Below are positions 39,685 to 46,566 of a stretch of 64,000 bases of DNA, one piece after another. Below the pieces are notes generated by a model that was not told the DNA's origin, did no database searches, and saw only the letters and a list, made by a program, of their open reading frames with translations. Both the position numbers and the translations under genes were made by a program. The stretch's first letter is position 1, and every line of letters starts with the position of its first letter. The stretch comes from Lysobacterales bacterium (lineage in GTDB: Bacteria > Pseudomonadota > Gammaproteobacteria > Xanthomonadales > Marinicellaceae). The stretch spans positions 2,924-66,923 of the forward strand of contig JALSLV010000008.1 of the NCBI GenBank assembly GCA_026988115.1, written 5' to 3'.

Positions 39685-41193
39685 ATGAAACAAAAAAACG
39701 AACTTTACGCGGCGGTGGATTTGGGATCCAATTCTTTTCATATGGTGGTGGCTGAGTTTGTTAATCATCAGATGCATGTGATTGATCGGCACAAAGACAT
39801 GGTACGTTTGGCTAACGGACTTGATGATGAAGGGCGATTGTCTGGTGAGAAGATGGATGAAGCGATTTCTTCGCTTGAAAAAATAGGACAGCGCATAGCG
39901 CACATACCCAAATCTCATTTGCGTATTGTTGGTACCAATACATTACGCAAAGCAAAAAATGCTGAGGAGTTTTTGGCGCGGGCATCAAGTGCATTGGGCA
40001 AACCCATTGATATTATTTCTGGGCGTGAAGAAGCGCGAATTTTGTATTTGGGTGTGGCACATTCACTTGCCAGCAATCAGGGCAAACGTTTGGTGATTGA
40101 CATTGGCGGAGGTTCGACTGAGTTGATAATTGGTGAAGAATTTACGCCCCTCTTGCGAGAAAGCTTACACATGGGTTGCGTTAGTTACACAAAAAAGTTT
40201 TTTGCTGACGGCAATATTTCAAAAAGCAATTTCAAAAAAGCCGTTCGTTCGGCGCAACGTCAATTGCTTTCCATTGTTAGTAAATACCAACAGTTGGGCT
40301 GGAACACCGTTATTGGTGCATCAGGAAGTATGCGTTCGACGGCTAAAGTTATTGTGCACAATGAATACGCACGGTATGGCATTGAAAAAGAGGGTTTGGA
40401 TAAACTCATTAAAAAATGTTGTGATTTGGGTACTATTGACAAACTCAAAAATCTGGATGGGCTAAGTTCTCGCCGAAGACCTGTTTTTATCGGTGGATTA
40501 GCCATAATTAAAGCCTTGTTCGATTCACTGGAATTTCAAACCATTCAAGCCTCAAGTGGAGCCTTGCGCGAGGGCATTGTTTATGATTTAAGCGGTCGTT
40601 TGCACCACAATGATATTCGCAGGCGCAGTATTGATAAGCTCGTTAAGCAATTTGAAATTGATATATCGCACAGCAAACGGGTGAAAGCTACCATTGATGA
40701 TTTGATCAACTTAAGCAATATTAAACTCTCTGAATCTCAACACGAATTGCTTAATTGGGCAGCACAATTGCATGAATTGGGTTTAAATATATCTCATTCC
40801 CATTTTGAAAAACACGCAGCTTATATCATTTCTCACGCAGACATGCCTGGTTTTTCTACGCAAGAACAGCTAAAACTATCTGTTATTGTTGCCTCACTCC
40901 GACGTAAAATCAAAAAAGAATGGTTGCAAAAATTGTCGAGTAAACAGCAAGTAAAACTTTTACCATTAATCGTTATATTTCGCGCTGCGACCTTATTAAA
41001 TCGCCCGAGAACTGACGACAATATCCCATTAGAGTCCATCACCTTAGACGATAAAAGCATTGAGATTAAGTTTCAAAACGATTGGCTAAACAATCATCCA
41101 CTTACCTTTGAAGATCTAGAATCTGAGAAGAAGTATCTGAAAAACTTGGGCATTAAGTTAAAACTCTACTCAACTCCATCGCAAGCATCTTGA
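39685..41193 (+). CDS. ppx: exopolyphosphatase / guanosine pentaphosphate phosphohydrolase
   Basis: 502 aa with the ASKHA motifs AAVDLGSNSFHMVV and IDIGGGSTELI. The C-terminal part is HD-like. Confidence 0.9.
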   Translation: MKQKNELYAAVDLGSNSFHMVVAEFVNHQMHVIDRHKDMVRLANGLDDEGRLSGEKMDEAISSLEKIGQRIAHIPKSHLRIVGTNTLRKAKNAEEFLARASSALGKPIDIISGREEARILYLGVAHSLASNQGKRLVIDIGGGSTELIIGEEFTPLLRESLHMGCVSYTKKFFADGNISKSNFKKAVRSAQRQLLSIVSKYQQLGWNTVIGASGSMRSTAKVIVHNEYARYGIEKEGLDKLIKKCCDLGTIDKLKNLDGLSSRRRPVFIGGLAIIKALFDSLEFQTIQASSGALREGIVYDLSGRLHHNDIRRRSIDKLVKQFEIDISHSKRVKATIDDLINLSNIKLSESQHELLNWAAQLHELGLNISHSHFEKHAAYIISHADMPGFSTQEQLKLSVIVASLRRKIKKEWLQKLSSKQQVKLLPLIVIFRAATLLNRPRTDDNIPLESITLDDKSIEIKFQNDWLNNHPLTFEDLESEKKYLKNLGIKLKLYSTPSQAS

Positions 41194-41939
41194 TAACCCA
41201 AATCACAACTTTTTTCATAAAGTAGGGTTGCTTTTTCTTTATCCATTTTTACACCATCACCGTATTCATAATTTACAGCTAAATTATAACAAGCGGTTTC
41301 TTCGTCGTTATCACAGGCATGAGAATAATAGGTGTTGGCTTTTTTTTGATTCTTTTTCGTGCCCTCTCCAGTATCGTACATTATAGCCAGTCCAAGGCAA
41401 CCAATTTCATCCTCTAACTCACATGATGTTGTAAAATATTTGAATGCTGTTTTGCTGTTTTTTTTGACACCATTGCCCTTTTTATACAAGTAGGCTAAAT
41501 TTGCACAGGCTGTCCCTTCTTCATTATTGCAAGCCATGGTGTAATATTTATGTGCTTGTTTATAATTTTGTTTTACGCCTTTTCCGTCAGCGTAAACAAC
41601 CCCAAGGTTATAGCAAGAATAACTGTCATTCAATTCACAACCTTTGCGGTATAACTCAAAGGCTTTGACCTTGTTTACATTCACTCCTTGGCCCGAATCA
41701 TAATAATAGCCCAAAACCCGACAACTGTAGCCATCATTCAAACCACAAGCTTTAGTGTAAAATTTTGTTGCTTTTGCATAGTCAATCAAATTGCCACCCA
41801 AACCTTCATCAAAAACATCTCCAAGATCCGAACACACATCAACATCGCCTTTTTCACAAGCAAGATATGCCTCTTTTGGTATTTCACAAAGAACGGTAAA
41901 ACTTGCTAAAACAAGTAAAGTTAATAAGGTGTATTTCAT
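41166..41939 (-). CDS. Sel1-like repeat, cysteine-rich (Hcp-like) secreted protein
   Basis: 257 aa with a signal peptide. It has about six 36-aa repeats of the form A.KYY..AC......C.NLG..Y..G.GV. Its 3' end overlaps the ppx 3' end by 28 nt. Confidence 0.8.
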   Translation of the reverse strand: MKYTLLTLLVLASFTVLCEIPKEAYLACEKGDVDVCSDLGDVFDEGLGGNLIDYAKATKFYTKACGLNDGYSCRVLGYYYDSGQGVNVNKVKAFELYRKGCELNDSYSCYNLGVVYADGKGVKQNYKQAHKYYTMACNNEEGTACANLAYLYKKGNGVKKNSKTAFKYFTTSCELEDEIGCLGLAIMYDTGEGTKKNQKKANTYYSHACDNDEETACYNLAVNYEYGDGVKMDKEKATLLYEKSCDLGYQDACDGVE

Positions 41940-42102
41940 TTTTTTGATTCCCGATATTTAAATGTTGAGTGGGTATTATATAGATTTATTTTGAAGCGAT
42001 TGTTAACAAATGTTCAGTAGCTAATTCATTGCATTGTTTTGAAAGTGTTTTAATATCAGGTGGGGTAAAGTTGGGATTAACTTAAATAACGACTTTCATC
42101 AT

Positions 42103-42750
42103 TTACTCTGTTGGATCTTGGTACATAAAACGCTTGTAGCCAAACTTTTTATACAATTTATTAAACACCAAAGTACGCTGCATTTGTGTGTCTTTTAGTT
42201 TAGCAAACATGTCGTATGCCTGGTTAATTAATTGCACTTTATGCTGTTTATCAAACATCATCGTTGCGCCTGAAGTCATGGCAATCTCATCGGCACCAAC
42301 TATTCTGGTGTAGATTAATTGCCCAATAATGCCTTCACTTTTACAAAACCCCAAATCCACAATACGGATTAATTGCGAATCAGGCTCAAGCAAGTTTTGT
42401 AACCAAACATAACTGTTTTGAATATCAATTTTTTCAATAGAATAAACAGAAGGTTTTGTAGCAATCATTGAATCGATTAGTTTGCCTTCAACTTCAGTAA
42501 GCGAGTCCCTGTGTTTTTTATTAAAATTTTCAACACCAGTGCTGCCATTGTTACCTAAGCAATCATTGATAACAAAATCGTAAAAACGGTATTGCTCCCC
42601 TTCGTTTTTAAATGAAATTTTATTCATTCTTAGCATTTTCATCAAACGCGCCGCTTTTTTAAAATGGTTGCGCGCAATGCTGCCCAAAAGTTTTCCATTG
42701 AGCTCCATGCCAACGGCTCTTAAGTTCTGGTATTTTTGTATTTGTTTCAT
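42103..42750 (-). CDS. hypothetical protein (first gene of the accessory island)
   Basis: 215-aa ORF with no recognisable motif. It is divergent from the HTH-methyltransferase gene. Confidence 0.5.
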   Translation of the reverse strand: MKQIQKYQNLRAVGMELNGKLLGSIARNHFKKAARLMKMLRMNKISFKNEGEQYRFYDFVINDCLGNNGSTGVENFNKKHRDSLTEVEGKLIDSMIATKPSVYSIEKIDIQNSYVWLQNLLEPDSQLIRIVDLGFCKSEGIIGQLIYTRIVGADEIAMTSGATMMFDKQHKVQLINQAYDMFAKLKDTQMQRTLVFNKLYKKFGYKRFMYQDPTE

Positions 42751-42798
42751 TTTTCCTTTTTTAATTTAACTCTTTAAATGGTATTTTACCCACAATAA

Positions 42799-42826
42799 TT
42801 GATAACCATGTATAAGGTTGTATAAT
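42799..42826 (+). promoter_or_regulatory. sigma70-like promoter placing the transcription start at or next to the methyltransferase ATG (leaderless candidate)
   Basis: TTGATA (42799-42804), a 16-nt spacer, then TATAAT (42821-42826). The ATG at 42833 is 6 nt after the -10 element. The region also holds ATAACC...GGTTAT inverted half-sites. Confidence 0.4.
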
Positions 42827-42832
42827 AGGGTT

Positions 42833-44074
42833 ATGAAAACACAATATACGTTATCTGAAGCGGCTAAAATTCTTGGCAAAAATCCTGAAACACTCAGAAG
42901 ATGGGATAATGACAATAAACTTAATGCTATTCGTGAACCTATTAGTAATTATAGGGTTTATAACAAAAAACAGTTAGAAATATTTCCTGAATTTAATGAA
43001 TACATTAAAAACGTCACTGAATCTAATTACGTTAAAGCCGATAGAGATTACTCGGTCATTGAGTTGTTTGCTGGTGCGGGAGGATTAGCCCTAGGAATGG
43101 AGCAAGCAGGCATTAAGTGCGAGGTATTGAATGAAATTGATAAATGGGCATGTCAAACTTTGCGAGAAAATCGACCTGCATGGAATGTACTAGAGGGCGA
43201 TATAAAATCGTGTGATTTTACCGATTACACAAACAAAGTCGATATTGTTACCGGTGGCTTTCCATGCCAAGCCTTTAGTTATGCAGGCAAAAAATTGGGT
43301 TTAAAAGATGCCAGAGGCACATTGTTTTATGAATTTGCTCGTGTGGTAAATGAAGTGAAACCACCGATATGCATTGGTGAAAATGTTCGTGGTTTATTGA
43401 GTCATAAAAAAGGCAAAACATTAGAAGGCATGATTTCAATACTTGATGAAATTGGTTATAACGTCGTTGCTCCGGTTCAAGTGTTAAAGGCCGTTAATTA
43501 TAATGTTCCTCAAAAACGCGAACGTTTAATCCTAGTCGGCATTAGAAAAGACATTGCAACCCAATACAATTATCCAAAGCCCTACGATACTGTTTATAAT
43601 TTGAAAGATGCCTTAAAGAAAGGTGAATTATTTGATTGCGATGTTCCTCAATCAAATGGTTCTACCTACCCTGAGCATAAAGAAAAGGTATTAGAACTCG
43701 TTCCCCCAAAAGGTTATTGGCGAGACTTGCCTTTAGATATTCAGAAAGAGTATATGCAAAAAAGCTTTTATCTAGGCGGTGGTAAAACGGGCATGGCAAG
43801 GCGAATTGGCTGGGATGAGCCTTGTTTAACCTTAACCTGTAGCCCCGCACAAAAACAAACCGAACGCTGTCACCCAGATGAAACCCGTCCTTTTACTGTC
43901 CGAGAATACGCTCGCATCCAAACCTTTCCCGACACATGGAATTTTATAGGTTCAGTCTCGCAACAATACAAGCAAATTGGTAATGCAGTACCAGTAAATT
44001 TGGCGAAGGAGATTGGCTATTCGATCGTTAACTTTTTGAATGACTATTATTTGAGTTTATCAAAGCCCAAATAA
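42833..44074 (+). CDS. DNA (cytosine-5) methyltransferase with N-terminal MerR-type HTH
   Basis: The ORF starts at TTG 42818, but I prefer the ATG at 42833. HTH is YTLSEAAKILGKNPETLRRWD. C5-MTase motifs are I ELFAGAGGL, IV GGFPCQAFS, VI ENVRGL, VIII QKRERL and X GNAVP. Confidence 0.9.
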   Translation: MKTQYTLSEAAKILGKNPETLRRWDNDNKLNAIREPISNYRVYNKKQLEIFPEFNEYIKNVTESNYVKADRDYSVIELFAGAGGLALGMEQAGIKCEVLNEIDKWACQTLRENRPAWNVLEGDIKSCDFTDYTNKVDIVTGGFPCQAFSYAGKKLGLKDARGTLFYEFARVVNEVKPPICIGENVRGLLSHKKGKTLEGMISILDEIGYNVVAPVQVLKAVNYNVPQKRERLILVGIRKDIATQYNYPKPYDTVYNLKDALKKGELFDCDVPQSNGSTYPEHKEKVLELVPPKGYWRDLPLDIQKEYMQKSFYLGGGKTGMARRIGWDEPCLTLTCSPAQKQTERCHPDETRPFTVREYARIQTFPDTWNFIGSVSQQYKQIGNAVPVNLAKEIGYSIVNFLNDYYLSLSKPK

Positions 44075-44646
44075 TAACTGTAATTTTCAAAGTTAATTTC
44101 ATCTAAAAGACTGCGTTGGGATTCATTCGCACTGTTGCTTATTTCTGTCAGTGCTGAATTCTCTGGTTTGTTGGATTTTTCATTAGATTTAAGAAAATCA
44201 TCAATTGCCATTGGTAAGACTTTATACAAATCATACAAGGCACTCTCTTGACCTGTTAGCATTTGATAAAATAAATCTCCAGATATTTTAAACACACGTG
44301 AATGGCTGTATTCTTTACCATTTATAATACCAGCCCAATGTTGTGAAAAACTTTTGGTAGCTAAAATCTGAACCCAATAACATTTGGCTTGTTTATTAGT
44401 GTCTGCATAATGAGCCAATTTTTGAAACAAACTTTCTGCCGAGCTACTGTTCATAGTATTGTGTTTATTTTTAATATCAGCAAACAAACTATCATCTGCT
44501 GCTTTGATATCAAAACCACTTAGATTACCCATTTCATAGCCGTCAATTCCTCCGAGAATTTCTTCATGAAAAGTTCCTATTGAATTGTTGATGGATTTAT
44601 CTATTTGACGGCTTATTTCCGTTTTGATTAATGTTTCTTCATCCAA
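44047..44646 (-). CDS. putative type II restriction endonuclease (PD-(D/E)xK-like), start uncertain or possibly 5'-truncated
   Basis: 199-aa ORF convergent with the MTase, overlapping it by 28 nt. It has the candidate catalytic pattern GFD-x10-ADIK. The only start is TTG. The frame stays open 55 codons further upstream, to 44811, without ATG, GTG or TTG. Confidence 0.5.
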   Translation of the reverse strand: MDEETLIKTEISRQIDKSINNSIGTFHEEILGGIDGYEMGNLSGFDIKAADDSLFADIKNKHNTMNSSSAESLFQKLAHYADTNKQAKCYWVQILATKSFSQHWAGIINGKEYSHSRVFKISGDLFYQMLTGQESALYDLYKVLPMAIDDFLKSNEKSNKPENSALTEISNSANESQRSLLDEINFENYSYYLGFDKLK

Positions 44647-44975
44647 TTTATTAAACTTCGTATCAAAAGTTAGTTTTATGACATCAATCTTATTTTTGTA
44701 GAATTTCTTTTTTGAGATATCAGCTTTGGCTTTTAAATATGAATTGTGAAGGTTTTCTATGCAAGCAAGAAAGTAAGTGACTGTCCGAAATGTAGGATAG
44801 GTATATGTTTGTCATTATTACAATATAAACTTATTAACTGATTTTTCAAGTTTTAAATTAGCTGATAAACACTAAAAATATTTACATCTTACGGTAGGAA
44901 CATGTGATTTCTGTATGTTTTAGACAAGTTAGATGTTAACCTGAAAAGTTAATATGCAATTTAAATTTAAAAACC

Positions 44976-45992
44976 CTATGAACCTTTGATGATATTTTTC
45001 TTTACAAAATCAACTCCTACTCGAATTGGATGTGCAAAACTATGATTAGCAATTCGTTGTGCATAATTTTGTTTAAGTGTAAATAAATAAGTAATTTTAT
45101 TTTTATTGGAATTGTTATCAGAATCCCAATCTAAAAATTCAATTTGTTTATCAATAAAGTTTGTACAAGGTATGTAAAGTTGGATTGGTTTTACATATTC
45201 ACCATTTGTCCAAGATATACATGAATCTGCGTTAATGTATGAAATAAATCCTCCATCTCCTTTTTGTAGACCCTTTTCTAAATTTATTTTAAAACCTTTA
45301 ACAAAGAAATATCTGAAATCAACACTACTTTTGCCATTATGTAAGACACAATCACATAATGCAGTAATACATAAATAATATTTATCATCGCTTCCAACAA
45401 ATATGTCTCCAAAACCAAGTTTAGTTTTTGAGTTTAAATAAGATCCATTATAAAAAATATTCAATTTCGCAATTTCCATGTTACTTATATTGAATCTCTT
45501 TTTAGAAATTTTATTTAAAAAATCATAATCAAGAATTTTTAGCTTTGAATCTTCCAAAGTGATTCTGGCTTGCTCTAACAATATGGACATCATATAAGAA
45601 TTAAATTCTTGGTGTAAATCGTGATCAATTAATTGTTTCCGATGATACATAAGCGTATTTAAATTAGTGTCTAATAAATTTTCGTCAATAAATGATGAGT
45701 AATTTGTAAAATTATTTTGCATATCAAGGCCTAACAATTGTGTAAAATTATTTTCACTTTTGGTAATTTGAGAAATCAGTTTTTTAAGAATTTTTTTAGC
45801 ACTATTTTCTTTTTTAGAAATTATTGTAATAATTGTATTGTTAATGTTTAAAGTGAAATTCTCCCTATTTATATGTGTTGGTATTGGATTAATTTCTTTA
45901 GATTTATGATAGCTTGAAAATGCATACTTAACTTTAATCAATGCAATACCAAAATCAGTTTCATCAGTAATATTTTTTATTATATTAGGCAA
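44976..45992 (-). CDS. unknown 338-aa protein, last gene of the MTase/GHKL/receiver operon (candidate effector)
   Basis: It has a TTG start overlapping the upstream stop by 13 nt and no obvious SD. It is very N/K/I-rich. I recognise no catalytic motif. There is a Cys cluster, CITALCDCV. Confidence 0.55.
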   Translation of the reverse strand: MPNIIKNITDETDFGIALIKVKYAFSSYHKSKEINPIPTHINRENFTLNINNTIITIISKKENSAKKILKKLISQITKSENNFTQLLGLDMQNNFTNYSSFIDENLLDTNLNTLMYHRKQLIDHDLHQEFNSYMMSILLEQARITLEDSKLKILDYDFLNKISKKRFNISNMEIAKLNIFYNGSYLNSKTKLGFGDIFVGSDDKYYLCITALCDCVLHNGKSSVDFRYFFVKGFKINLEKGLQKGDGGFISYINADSCISWTNGEYVKPIQLYIPCTNFIDKQIEFLDWDSDNNSNKNKITYLFTLKQNYAQRIANHSFAHPIRVGVDFVKKNIIKGS

Positions 45993-46546
45993 CTGATTAT
46001 CGATATTTTGAACTCAATATACAAACTTCCGTTTAAGGACGGGTCTACAAATGAAATTTTTTCAAAAAGACTCTTATGATCCTCTTCATAAATATCTAAT
46101 TCATCTTTTACAGCTGTATAGAATAGCTCATTTTTACCAGAAAAGTACGTTGTGATATTGTTGATTATTTCTTCATTATTATTTTGAGATGTGTAAATCG
46201 AACAAAAATGTATATGTTTTTCTTTAATAATTTTTGAAAGCAGTTTTAATGAATAAATCTCTCCTCCATTATCATCAAGCTTCCAATCTAACAAAACCAG
46301 GTCTCTTCTTTTAAAAAGAAAGTCTATACATTTTTCATCATCAATATCAGAAATATTAAATTTATGTATAGCTAAAGAAACTCCTTCTTTTTTAAAATTT
46401 TTATAGAGTTTTTTTGAAAGGTCAATTTCCATACAATTTGACTTAGGCTCTTCTGGTGTATAAAATTCAAATGCTTTTTCATCAATGTATATTGCTGACT
46501 TAATTGATTCTTTAATAATCTCTGTTGCTTTTTGATTTAAGGTCAT
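45980..46546 (-). CDS. receiver (REC)-like domain protein
   Basis: 188 aa with CheY-like landmarks: acidic pair D22-E23 (AIYIDEK), DLVLLD87WKL, CSIYT119S and K138. Confidence 0.6.
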   Translation of the reverse strand: MTLNQKATEIIKESIKSAIYIDEKAFEFYTPEEPKSNCMEIDLSKKLYKNFKKEGVSLAIHKFNISDIDDEKCIDFLFKRRDLVLLDWKLDDNGGEIYSLKLLSKIIKEKHIHFCSIYTSQNNNEEIINNITTYFSGKNELFYTAVKDELDIYEEDHKSLFEKISFVDPSLNGSLYIEFKISIISCLI

Positions 46547-46566
46547 TTAGAATTTTATACTCCATA

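Noticed and set aside
39673-39918. 81-aa minus-strand ORF across the ppx start
   Set aside because: It is antisense to the strongly supported ppx N-terminus (AAVDLGSNSFHMVV) and has no supporting features.
41166-41193. An identical 28-nt convergent 3' overlap at ppx/Sel1 and at the MTase/REase pair (44047..44074)
   Set aside because: The overlapping sequences are unrelated. The equal length appears coincidental.
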